Source: Paragordius varius (taxonomy: Eukaryota > Animalia > Nematomorpha). Taken from it: DNA of 64,000 bases. The position numbers were made by a program, and so were the translations under genes. The notes beneath the pieces are model-generated. The model saw only the letters and a program-made list of their open reading frames with translations, did not search any database and was not told where the DNA came from. Below are positions 24,347-37,878 of this stretch, one piece after another (position 1 is the first letter of the stretch; each line of letters begins with the position of its first letter). The stretch is from the NCBI GenBank assembly GCA_964247055.1, contig OZ176054.1, positions 8,370,001-8,434,000 of the forward strand, in the 5' to 3' direction.

Positions 24347-27109
24347 TTAAATAAGTTTGGTATAAAACAAAATATTTTTAACCCAGATTATGATAATATC
24401 TATCATTTATAAAATAATTAATGACATTGTCCATTTTTATCAAAATTTGTAAAATTTTATGAACGCTTCCTAAATCCTCGAAAATTTGTGTAAGCTATTT
24501 CACACAGATAATTTTCAGTTTAAAGTGGCGTTGTATCTAATATTATGATAATACAGAAAATTTACACCATAATGGTAACGATTAATATTTTAACAAAATA
24601 GATATAATATTGATTAAAGGCCTCTTGCTGGGGCTTAGTTTTAGTGTAAATATTCATGGCTAATTGCTATTTTCAATGAGCTCTGAATATTTAAAATATG
24701 GGTTCAATTGATGCTGTATTGGAAAAAATATTTTAACGCATAAACCATAACAGACTCTAAATATTTTTACAGATATGTCTTCCAAAAACTATTATATTTA
24801 TATAAATATATACGTTTAACACATTTCGCGATACCAAATTAGTATGATACAAACGAGATTATAACTAATGACAAAGTTGAAGAATTGTGTCGCCAACTTA
24901 ACAAGACAAATTACGTTAATATTATAAAATACTGAACCCATATTACTGAAATAATGTTGGACATTATTTTAACAATTTGCCCAATTTTTTATTATATTTT
25001 CATAGACAATACTTTGAAAACAACAGCCTTACAAAAAAACGTCGTTCGTTGTTCTTGAAAACCTATAAACTTGAAAAGCTCGCAAGTGTTTTGTTATGCT
25101 TTAAAATAACATTAATCAGGGTTGATTGCGTTTTAGATATGAGTTATTTCGAAATCTCTGTAAATTTATAGTTAATAGATACTTATCATATCGTAATTGA
25201 AAGACAGTGGGGGGGGGGGACCTTTCGAGATTTACACGTATATAGTCTAAAAGTCTGACGTGTTTAATCAAATGGAAAAAATGAATGCTTGTTGTTTCAA
25301 ATAACGTATACAGTTTAATATAATGTGATATCACAAAACATTGTTTAAACATTAATAATACAATATTATTTATAACTTAAAATAATATGATAATTAAGAT
25401 AAAATTGTTGTAAATGAGACTTGTTAGTAAACTATTGTGTTGGTTAGGGTAAGTAAGCTGTTCAAAATATCTATCCATCTGTTATGTTTTACGTACGAGA
25501 TTTTATTTTATTCGAGATTATGCATAAAATAAATGCCATTTTTAAGCTTTACATTTAGGGAAAAATTTGTCATTTTACTGAAGTTATTTCGTTATTTATT
25601 GACGCTGACATAATTTGACAGAGGGAAAGCTATTTTTTGCGTTTTTTAGAGTGGTTAGTTAGTAGAGTGTTCTCAACGCCACTTACATATTTTATATATG
25701 GGTAAAAGATAACAATAACTTTAAATCCTTTTATTAGCATATATAATTAGGATACAATATATAAATTTAAATATGATAATCCTATTTATTAAAAAAGTAT
25801 TTAACATTATTAATACTCCATTTTGTTAATTAATTAAAATTTATTATTCCGTTTTGACAACTCTAGAAATCAAATCAGATATATTAATTTATGTACAGGA
25901 TAACCTTTCCAAAAAAACGTAAAATAAGATATAAAAATGATTTTGAAAAATAAATAATGGGATTTACATAAAATTATTTTTTAAAAAAACTCTACAATAA
26001 TAAATATGCAAAATTCATCAAACAGGTAGTCGATATTTTCAATCGATTGTTTTTTACTTAGAATTTCCCGCATTTAAGATTATAATTAGTAAAAGATAAA
26101 ATAAATTTATACTAGATTTATGATAACGTAAAAATCAGTCGACCAAAATTATCCGGAAAAATATTTTTGAATTAATATATATATAAAAGATTTATTCTCT
26201 TAGTAAATAATCACCATTTATTTGCAAGAAATGAGTTTGCCAAAGACTCTTGCACTTAACATTTAATTTTATAAATTGTTGAGTCTATATTCAAGGGTTA
26301 GGTCTCACAATAGTTTTGCGCGTGTGATTTTTTAAGTAATAAACCTCAAATTTATAGATATATAAATGTATTTTTGAAAAATGTTTTTTGTGTATTTTGG
26401 CTATCTTTTGCTATTAGCAAATATCAATTATAGTGATTTGACAAAATTAAACCTTATTGAATTAAAGTTCACTAATAAAATCTACAGAAACCAAAATTTA
26501 ATACATACCATGTCTAATTAAATAAAACTTTTAAAATTAAAATTTTTAAAAAGTAATTTTTAGGATCATGTTAACAAATAAAAATAAGTTTAAGGTAATT
26601 TTAACTTTTATAATTAAGAATATTACATTAAGATTATATTTTTTTATTGCAACAAAACTGACATTTAGTATACATGTACATCAAAGTTTATGTGGACTTA
26701 AAAAAGTATAGGAAATACCATTTACACTTACCTATTATACTTTTATGTGTCTTTATTGATTCGCAGATAAATAGTAGATATATAATGTGTATGTTTGTCG
26801 CATTAAAATAAAAAAATCCGACTTAAACTTGTAATAATTGTATGTTTTACACAAATATAAAATACATATATATAATTCATTAAGTCAAAATTAAATTGTA
26901 TAAATACCCCGTACTTTTAGCAATAATGTTCTTTCTGTGAAATTTTCATCATCCTTTTTATTTACAAATACATTGATCACCTCGCTGCTTGTGTGCAAGC
27001 AAACCTTACACAACGCAAATAATTTGTCACTAAAAAATTTTTTTATTTAAAATCATTTAATTAAGATAATTTTGCATTTTTTTGTCGTTTCCTCATTGAT
27101 TTGTGATAT

Positions 27110-28651
27110 ATGTCTGATACCCTTAATTTTTCCGGGGACGTAACATCTTCGCTGTTATCATTTAACAAAATGGCAAACGCTAATGATTGTTCTTCAACGT
27201 ATACTGAATCCGATGAATACTCCACTTCTTTTTTAGATCAAGGTTCTTCATCTTTTGAAATTTTTGGGAATCTGGGGACAACAGAACCAAGTATCATTAA
27301 AAATAATTCATCCGGGAAACCAGAAATATCAAAATGCTCAGAGTCCGAAACGTTGGATAACTACAAAATTGGAAGGAAAGTGGTGTCAACAACATCTTCT
27401 CAATCTTCGCAACCAAAAAAATTTGTTACAAACTCTAGTCGGTACTTCAAGTGTGGCCGCAAATTGAACGATGACGAAATGAATCGCATCCGTATGAAAG
27501 TTAATTCTCGTGAGCGCAAACGTATGCATGATTTGAATTCGGCCCTGGACGGATTGCGGGAAGTTATGATGCCATATTATCTGCATAATGTTTTACATGT
27601 GGATGGCACAAATCATCCTAATTTAGCAAACGTCATGTCTGATACCCTGTCCGAAGATAGTTACGTTAATAATGGGCGCGAAAAAAATCACCCCAATTCC
27701 GTAATGCTCAATCCGAAACATGGGACATCAGTTAGAAGTATTACACCAACGTCAACCATATTGAATGGTGAGTTACAAAGCGCAAACGGTAGCAAAAAGT
27801 TATCTAAAATAGCAACTTTACTCCTAGCCCGAAATTATATTTTGGCCCTGACATCCACGCTTAAAGAGATACAAACGAAATTGGATGGAACGTCCAATAC
27901 TGAGGTAATTACAAAAATTTTGCAAGAAAACCATGTTATGGATTCTGATTTAGTTTCTCTGCCTAATGTTCATAAACCATCTACATCTCCAGAAAGTCCT
28001 AAATTTCCACATAAGAACAAAGCTTCCACAAAAAAGACATTAACTGCCCCCTTTTCATTACAAAATATTACTGAAAACCCCTATCCTAAAAATGACTTAA
28101 TCAAACATTCAAACAACAATAATGTCGATACTGCCACTAAACGAAAAGATTATTCGATATCGGCTCTGATATCACCTAATGGGACAAACTCCAGCTTATT
28201 CTCAGCAAACCCATCAAATAAACATTGCAATGAAAAGGATGTGGTAACGCGAAAACGAATTAAAACTTTCGAAAACTTTTTACCAAACACAATGTTAAAT
28301 GATACTTCCAAGGGAGGAAACCACCGCTTAAACAACCTTAGCTCAAACAGTGTCATTAAAGAAAATTTGACGAGAAATACTAAACAACATTCCCTATCAA
28401 ATATTAATAATCATCACAGATCCAATAATAACCAATTATCAACTCATAAATATAATATAAATTACCCATTTTTACCTACAGATTCAGGTGCTATGTATGC
28501 AAGTCATATGCAATATTGGCTCCAACAATACGCATATATGAATGGTGCAACTCTCCCTAACTCAAATCAAAATACGAAAAAACCATTCAATTTCGCAAAT
28601 TTTATAAATCCCAGCTCTAATCCCATGCCAACCGATTTGAAAATAAATTGA
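27110..28651 (+). CDS. Olig: Olig-family bHLH transcription factor (single exon, expanded HLH loop)
   Basis: [29 protein letters not shown] ... [18 protein letters not shown] is nearly identical to the Olig2/3 bHLH as I recall it ([28 protein letters not shown]...[18 protein letters not shown]). Confidence 0.9.
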   Translation: [513 protein letters not shown]

Positions 28652-30444
28652 AACTTTAACATTTATTTTTGTATTGCACACAATCAGTTTTTCAGATTTT
28701 TAAATTTATACCGCCAATTACAATATGCATTTAATTAGTTTTTTTTATATTTGGTTGTATTTTATTCATTTTATTTAGTGGAATATATAATAATCATTTA
28801 TGATTTGTATGTATATGAAATTTATAAAAATAAATCATAAAATTTATGCGTACTTTGAAATAAATTTGCTGTAAAATCAACTTCAGAGATTAATATTATT
28901 TAATTATAGGCAAGGTGCTACTTACTTAAAATTTTATCTTGTCAATCTTACATAAGAATTTTGCAAACTGTCTATTGCAACATAATTATTAAAAGAAGAA
29001 AAAATTCAGACGACCACTTGACTGAGTGTTTAGGTTACTATGATATAAATTGACAATCATATTTACTGAAAATTATAATTAGACCAACAATCGATTTTTA
29101 ACCAAAAATCAGAAGACTTTAGTTAAAAATCTAACATTTGATGTTGCTTTTAACTTTTAAAAAATATTTTATGAAATAAAAATAATTAATCAAAGATCTA
29201 TCACAGACAAATTATATAATTAATTTCAACCTCGTTTTCACTTATTAACGTAGACCTAACATATATTATTAATTTAACATAAGGTGGTGGTCAGATTTTA
29301 CTAATATTTTTACTAATTATCATCAATTTTGTCCATTTTTTCTTATTTAAAAGATGTGTTAATAATGACTCTTTTTTATTCTGTATCATATTAAATTTCT
29401 TACCTAAGAAAATATATAAATTTAAAACTAACATATTTAAGGCAAAATATGATCATTACAAAATATATGATTGATCGATTTATTAATTTGTAATATTAAT
29501 AATATTAAATTACCTACGTATGTCAGGGTTAAAGTAACATTTCGCGTGCCTTTATATACCATAAAATGGTGTTTTTTCTTAAAAAAACTTTTTTGGTATT
29601 TCTTAGGCTTAAGGGCGGTTAGATTTCAAAAGGAAGATTAATTATTCTTTTATAAACATAAATTGTTACTTACAAGTCTTTTTGACTTTAACAAGTATTA
29701 TTTTCAAATAATTAACCTTTGTTTATAAGATAAGATAATATAAATCAATACTACCTCATTGTAAAATTAATTGTTATTATAAAGATCTCTCAAGTATTAT
29801 TACCCTTTTATGGCAATATTAATATGTAATCTTTATAATCGTTTAGTATTAATTATATGTAAATATTAAATTAAATCATTAATTTTAGATATCTTTGTTA
29901 CCTAAAAACTGCAAATTTAATTTTTGTTACTTTTCATCTTGAAAAACTTTGTGATTATATATTAAATACTTTAAAAAAGATTTTAAGCCATTTTTCAAGA
30001 CAACAGGGCTATTTTATTTACATAAGCTGGAACATAATATATCTCTCAGGTTATTCGCAATCTTAAAAGGGCTTTAAAAATAAATTTTCCAAATTGTGTT
30101 TTAGAGGGAAAAAGCGACCATAATTTAAAAACATTGTTGCGAAAAACGTTTAAGCCCATTTAAATTTAATTACGACCATATACAAATAATATTTTTTGTA
30201 AATGGCATCCTTTTTTAAAAAATGGCAAAATTTTGTTGCATAATTCACACTATTTTATGGAAACGGTATAAATACATTTTATCTATATTTAATCATGCTG
30301 ACCATTTCTATCATCAGAAACTTTAAAAATATTGGTTTTTCATTAAATTAATTTTACAAAAATTACTAAAATTTAAAAGCAAATGAACCTTTAAATTTAA
30401 AATTTTGAGAAATAATTAGCTTAATTGAAAAGATAATTTCTTAA

Positions 30445-30950
30445 AATTTCGTGACTTTTTGGGGTTATACATTCCAGAGTTATTTGAAATTTGAATATCT
30501 TAAAAAGTATTTAAGGTATTAAGCTAAATTTAAAAATATAGTTTCTTTAAACTTTTAGGCGCATTAAAATTTTTTCAAAAAATGTAAAAATTCTTATCTC
30601 AAACATTTGCCGCCATTTTTTATCGCTAATCTGGCAAATAACTGTATATTATGGTTAAAATGTAATTAATTGACTATTCAGGTTACATTTTATCAGCAAA
30701 AACTTGATATATTTTGATTTTAATATCAGCTGTTTGTTTAGATCGCGTTTTGGAGCTGTCCAAAATTTAGTCTTTAGAACACCTAAATTGCAAATAAATG
30801 AGCTTTTCTATCTAATATAGGAGAACAATCATAATTAAATGTCATTTAAAATAACTTTCAAAACTGTAGTTTATTTACGAAATTGAGCTCTGAGATATAA
30901 ATTACCCCAAAATGTAAACCAGGACAAAAAAGTAAAAAGGTAATGAAGTG
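30445..30950. mobile_element. TTAA-family MITE, third copy (followed by a duplicated right end at ~31000-31142)
   Basis: TTAA|AATTTCGTGACTTTTTGGGGTTATAC ... ATAAAATTACCCCAAAA...AAGGTAATGAAGTG|TCAA. Internal similarity to the other copies. Confidence 0.6.
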
Positions 30951-33711
30951 TCAAAGAGCCGCATGTCGAACACCTTTGCTCCAAAACTTACAAAACGTAA
31001 AAAAATAATCAAAATAGGAGAACAATGTATGATAAATAAATTTTATCTAAAATAACTTTTAAAACAGTCGTCTATTTACAAGATTGGGCTCTGGGATATA
31101 AAACTACCTGATCGTCGCTGTCAAGTGAAAAGGTTATTAAGTCGTAAAGATTTTTTATACAGTTTCCATATGCCAAATAGTATGAAGAGGCTATGACAAA
31201 ATTTTGCTGAAAACTAAATATAACAATGTGCAATTTTTAATATATTAAGTTAATTTTAGTTATCAAATATTTTAAATTTTTATCGCTCCCCAGTAATTTG
31301 CGTATATTTTTTCAATTAGCCCAATTAGGAGAGCAAAAATATTTGAGCTTTCTAAGGAGCTCACTAAAGAATAATATTGTTAAATATATTTTTTGCTATT
31401 TATAAGTGGTTTCTAATATATTTTAGTCATCTTTTAGAAGCTCTCACCAGATAAAATATTGCGCAAATTTCGCCATTTTATAATATGGAGGAGTTACTAC
31501 AAAAGTAATAAAAACTCTCTTATCACTTGGACACAACACAATTTTAGTCCTTCGATTTAAATTGGGTAGTTGGATACTCCCGGCCTGTTTAAAATTAAAT
31601 AATTTAAAAATTATGGAAGGAATAGAAACCATGGGAAAATTTTGCACTTATATAAAATTAATAAACCGGAATATATATAAAACTTTTTTCAAAAATATAT
31701 ATTACTTATTTTAAGGTAATACCCAATAAAAATTTAGTCAACGTGACATGTGTGCAATGGCTAAATCGAAAAATAATACAAAGGCCACTTTTTCTATTTA
31801 TATCAATGTTAGATGTGATTTAAATATAAAATTAGATTTAATTTTACCCTTAAAGTTAAATGAGGACGATATTTTGCGAAAATTTTGTAAAATAAAAAAG
31901 TAGTTTGACATGGAACTTTTTTTTCAAACCATTTTTTTTGGATATTTTAGTGTATTTCTATAATTTTTATTAGGATAGAATCATAAATTTACTCCCTTCA
32001 GTCGTTTTCTTAAAATTTTATTTAATTTGGTCTGGGTATTTAGCCCAAAATGAATCAAAGTGTTATACCAAAGAGTCATAACCGAAAACATCAAGATAAT
32101 CCTGATAAATTTTCTTATCAGAATATATATATTTTGTCAGCATATTCGTTTTATGCCCCATTATATCCTGTACCAAAAATTTTTTATCACTATTTAACGC
32201 ATTTTCATATATTTATACCAAAAAAAATACATAATAAATTTAATAAATAATTCAGGGCTTTAAAACACTACCTTTTGGAGCCGGATACGACCCGTAGCGG
32301 TTGAGTACCACTGTAATAATTATCATTATATACTTAATTTTATATTATTTTGAAAAATAGTTATTATTGGGAATATTCATTTAGTTACTGATTATCATAA
32401 GTTTACATTTAAAGGTAAAATCACGCATGTCAAAATTAGACCCTTATGAATATTTTTCAACTATATACCAAAAAGAATTTTTACATGTTATAGAAACAGT
32501 TAGATTTGAATTATTTTAGTTTGATGGGTTAAAAGATATTGTTATTGAGAAAGAGTTGATAAAACCTCTAGATTTGATCCTCTCCATTAACACCTTAAAA
32601 CACCATAATGTGATTAAAATATTTCGCTTGGAAGATCACAATGTTAAAATATCTTCAGAAACGTATTCATTCAATTGAACTTTAGATGTATTTTCATAAT
32701 ATCACCCAGTAAAAAATCTTTTCAGCTTCTTCTCAACCATTTAAACCACATTTCTCTCTATGGTTCCAGCGCTTCATTAGGGCTAGTTTTCATACCAAAA
32801 TTTGTAATAATATTTTTAAATACGTTTTATTTATAGCGACACTTAGTAGTTAAAATATAATTCTAGATTTGAATTTTTTTAAGAAATTTTATCATAGCCA
32901 AACTGGGTTTTGTAAATAAAGATCAAATTTTATAAAACGGCTCTCATTATTTTAACACCTGAGGGCACCATATATTTTAAAAGCTAATGTTGGTAATATA
33001 TACTTGCGTCAGTAGGCACTTATTTCTTAAAATTAACTTGGTTTAATATTTAAAAAATAATATAAATTCGACTGTTCGGATATATAGTCATTATATATTT
33101 TTTTTAAAAAAGCGGATTTCGATTAAATACTGCGATTCAGAAATCATATAAGAATTATTAAATTTAATTATATAAGGTTGATACTGCAACCTATGACTTT
33201 ATATTATCTCTATCAATCGCAAAATATTGATAATTATATAAGCTTTACACTGGTACTTATCAAAAAATTTAAAGGGCTGCAGAAAAATTTTTTGCTTAAG
33301 GGCAATGCATCATTTAATATCGATAACTTCTGCTTTTTTAAATTAGTACATTAAATTTAATAAATAATTAAGGGTCAGAAAAAAGCACTTAAAGGAGGGG
33401 TGCGGTTTGAGTACTCATGTTTTAAATCATCCATAAACTATATATGATAACAGCCAATTTTATTTTAAAAAACGCATCGCATTATTACCAAATTATAATT
33501 GTACAATTTAGATCAAGAATATACTTGATATTTTTCATTATTACCCTACCCATCAATTATTAATTTGGCTATTTTTATTGTTTTTGTTTTCATATTTTGA
33601 TTAGTTATACACATCCGCTTGTATTTCAGTCTACTCGATGCTTTCATTTGAAACTAATTAAAAACTCTGTAAAAATTGTATATATACAAACTTTTAACAA
33701 CGGTGTTTACC

Positions 33712-33776
33712 CGTGCTCATTATGTGTGGCTGATGAGTCCACAATAAGGACGAAACGCGTCTCATACTATGACACG
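33712..33776 (+). ncRNA. Type I hammerhead ribozyme, minimal palindromic-stem-III (Penelope-like element/retrozyme) form
   Basis: CTGATGA 33730-33736; stem II GTCC/GGAC with loop ACAATAA; GAAA 33752-33755; palindromic stem III ACGCGT; GTC cleavage triplet (cut after C33761). Stem I is GTGTGG/TCATAC, extended by CGTG(C)TCAT/ATGACACG. Confidence 0.85.
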
Positions 33777-34583
33777 TAGTAAACACTGTCCCCTTTAAAT
33801 TTTCGTTTCATAAAGCCACCTAGTGCTTGATAGGAAGTACTATAACTTCTAATTGCAAAGGTAGGCTAAGAAAAATAATCTCCATAATATGTTTAATATT
33901 TACTATAAATGGCGTTTTCCGCTATAAAATTTGTGATTTTCTAGTTATATTTATATTGTTATAAAAAAATCGTTTTATGCCTAATGATGGGTATAAAAGA
34001 TAATATCGCACAAATTAGATATTTATTTTTACCAAACGAAGTAAAAAATGATCCTACGCACAAAAATATTGACCACCTATGTAAGCATTTAAATTATGAG
34101 AGAAACACAAAAAATTATCTACATCATAACCCTTTTCAAATAATAAAAATAAACCCTTTGTAAAAAATTAATTTTATTTTCACTTTGTGCCTCAGTATGA
34201 TTACTTAAAATATTCACAATCGCAAACTGTCTAACTGATAAAAGTTTACGCAACTCTTATAAACTAGATCTTTTTCGGAAAAATGCATTGCAATCAGGTA
34301 AAGGAATTGGTTTATTGTCAACGTTTTTCTAAACTAGTTTAATATGAAGGGGGGGATGGCTATCTATATAGAAATGATCTCAAACGTGGCCTTATAGGTG
34401 CATTTTTATGACCCTAAATTTTTATAAACTTTTTGAGTATATATCCGCAAATGTGGCAAACAGCTTATGAAATTTTTATCGGTTTTATATGGTGCACGGC
34501 CCTTGAGACAAGAGATATATTAGTGAGTTCACTGGTATATGGTATAAACATATTCCAATTTGCTATATTTATTTTATGGTTAG

Positions 34584-36163
34584 ACGTATGACTGTCAACT
34601 AAGCTTAGAAGCGTGTGGTGTTTGGGAATGTTTCCAACAAATTTTGCATTTTCCCTACTTATTACAACCGATTGATCGAGATTTATTTTGTATGGGTTTA
34701 CCAAACATAAGGACACACCCATCAAAGTTGAGTGTAGATAATAATTACGCCCTTATGTCTCAAATGTTAAATAGTATTCAAGATACTTTTGGACCATTTA
34801 AGGATATAAGTGTGCTAGGAACGGCCTCCAAAGTTATTTTTTAGTTTATGCAAAGTGCGAAAGTTTTATGGAAAATTAATTTCAATATTATAAAAATTTA
34901 AAAAATATTTTATCATTGGCAGCAATTATTTGATATCTGGCTAACCGGTAATGGTGGGAAAAGCTATTCCACAGACGTTTATAACGAAGAGAATACTGCG
35001 TCATCGGAGATTCCAAATTTGATAATTTTTGATAGAGGTATTTTTTTGATTAGACTTTTTTTTCGTTTAATATTTGTTTTATTTTATAAATTTAATATAA
35101 TTAACACTATACTGTTTATATACTCGCACAAAATTAACAATTAACGTTTCCATCATTTATTTAAATGGGCCATCTTTTCAAATTTTTTAAATTATATTTT
35201 AATTTATCAATAGGTGATAATCACTTTTTTCGTTATTTTTTTCAATATTACAATCAAAATTAGTTTTTATCTGCTGTATCCCATTATAATAATATTTTAA
35301 TGTTACTATTTCCCCGTATCCTCTAAATTAATTTTCTGGGGCATTAAAATAATTGTTATTAATTATAAATATAAACTTTTATTTGCATTAGAAATGGACA
35401 AAATAACCCCCTTTGTGACTTCATTGGATTACACGAATTTGATAAACCAGGTTTTTGGTATAAATGCAGGTTGTGTCGAAGTCGCCTCATCTGTACTGTC
35501 TCAAAGCATTACATCCAATTTTAAGACAGATATGAAATTGATTGAGGTAATAAATTTATACTTTTCAGTTTAGTTATTTTTAACACAATTTTATAACTTC
35601 ATCGCTAGTTTAAATTTTAATATTGCTTTTAACAAACCTATGTATATTAAAATTTATATTCGCACAATACAAATAGGTGGAAAAATTGCCAGCCAATAAC
35701 CTTAAAATCAAATTATCAAGCGATACGGTATTTTTTAATATTTAAGGATTTTGTTATAACTATTAATCTGCCAATTAACTAAAATATGTTAAGCGATACT
35801 TTTTAATTATGTTATTATATTCAAATTGCAGATATATCAAGATATAAAATCGACCCATTTTTCCGTAGTCTCCGAACATCTCAAAGAATTAAGCAAGAAT
35901 TTGCAATCACAATATGATGTATATCCATAATTTTTATTTTATTATCAAAAATATTGGATAATGTATAGAAATAAAAATGTTGCATTTTTTATACAATACA
36001 AATACTAGAATGCACAAAAAAGCATCGAAGGAATGAAATCATACGTTACTCAACATTTGAAGGATGTTAAAATACAACAAAAATCTCTAGCCTTACGTAA
36101 TTTATCTTTTTATTCACCATATTAAATTGAAAATTTAAGCGTATCCGACGGTTAATAACTAAT

Positions 36164-36199
<36 letters not shown>

Positions 36200-37834
36200 T
36201 GTAATTGCATTTACAATTATCTAAAACGTACATATGTAAGGTAAAGTAAGTTTTACTGTTTAAAGTAGGTTAACTTATTATAGTTTGCACGGTTGATGGT
36301 CGATATTATGATTGATGGTGTTTGTACTATTTATATACAAGATATCTCTTTTGATTCATATAGGAGTTGTATAGCTTTCCGGAGCTTTTCTAATTTTAAA
36401 AGTATGGGGTCTAATCTCTAGCGCTATCTCAGCTTTTTAGGGTTGTTCTATCGCGTTATCGCTGTTTTAGTTATTTGATTCCTTATAGTAATAATATTGC
36501 GGTTAGTAACACCAATATAGGGGGTGACTAGAGTATTATCATCATTTTATTCGTAAATCCCGTTTCGATTCCTACATGTCGATATTTTTAATATCTTCTG
36601 GCATCGGTTCTTAAAATGGTTTCTATTTGGCACTATTTTTATTATTTAAATATTAAAATGCTAAACGAGTCTCACACAATATGTGAACGTCAGACCGAAA
36701 ATTGCCAAGTGTCACGTGAAATCCTGCTTTAGGCAAATAGAAATTATTTTGCATCTAATTGTGATAGCTGATTAAATATGGCTATATTTTGAATTCCAAA
36801 TTGTGGCTTCCACCTTAAATCAAATCAAATTTATTAGTAAAATATAATAGTTATATGGGGGATGAATTGGTACTAAGGTGATTAAATCATTATCAAAGCT
36901 GTTGATCTTCAGAGTTGAAGGTAGCTGATTTGAGATAAGTTTTTATTGCTGTTTTCCAATTGTTTCTATTTTCCGCTTCTTCTAATTTTAGTTTGGCCTC
37001 AGTAAGATCATCATATATAGTACGAATCCAGCTTTTGAAGGGTCTGCCAGGCTTTGAGCTAGATTTGGAGTAGGACATCATTATATGTATATAATTATCT
37101 GGTGGTCTACGATGGATGTGACCAGCCCCTCTCAGTCTTTTAGCCCTTAGAAAGCGATCAAAAGCAGTGATATTAAGGATTTTATACGGATCAAATTGAT
37201 TATTAAAGTTAGAGAGTTTAGGATTATGTACTAAAAGGATCGTTTTGAGTATTTTGGATTCTGTTTTTTGGAATTTACCAAGGTTTGACTTTGTCATGGG
37301 CCAACATTCCGTGCCGTAGGTTAGTGCAGGACGGATAATGGTAGAATATAACTGCGATTTCGTTTAAAGTTTGATGTATTTATTATTAATTATGTGTTTT
37401 AGTCCATGGTATTTTTTCCATGCTTCAGATGATCTGTGTTTGAGGCCATCACTGATACCTACTTTGGAGGATATTTCGTCACCCAAATATTTAAAGTGAG
37501 TAACAGTTTCGTAATTGTAGTTATTAGAGATTGCAATTTGGCTAGTATGGGTAGGTTGTCGATGCAACTTGAGCAAGTAAAGGTTCAACCCTAAGTAATT
37601 TTAGGTTGGACCATTTTTTATGTATCCAGAAATTACATTTAGTACACAATATAGAATTTGCCTTTACAGCTAGGCTGCAAATTCTACATGGCTACTTAAT
37701 GGGCTTCATTATATTATCGTGCATTAGTTTTGTTTTGCTGGGATTGATTTTGAGGCCATGACTTTCCAAGCAATTTTTCCATTTGTATCAATTATTACGA
37801 TAATACATTCGCAGGAGCTTACCCTGGGAACTGC

Positions 37835-37878
<44 letters not shown>

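Noticed and set aside
27578-27796. Olig loop insertion explained as an unspliced intron
   Set aside because: No GT-AG pair restores the canonical loop in frame and the composition is coding-like; kept as a testable alternative only.
33909-33944. ATG GCG TTT (MAF...) as the VPS33B start
   Set aside because: I could not link it by convincing GT-AG exons to the first secure exon at 34584; the resemblance to human MAF may be coincidental.
37583-37612. Imperfect hairpin GGTTCAACCCTAA...TTAGGTTGGACC at the LINE 5' truncation point, with a T-loop-like GGTTCAA
   Set aside because: No cloverleaf or A-box, so not a tRNA; too short to interpret.
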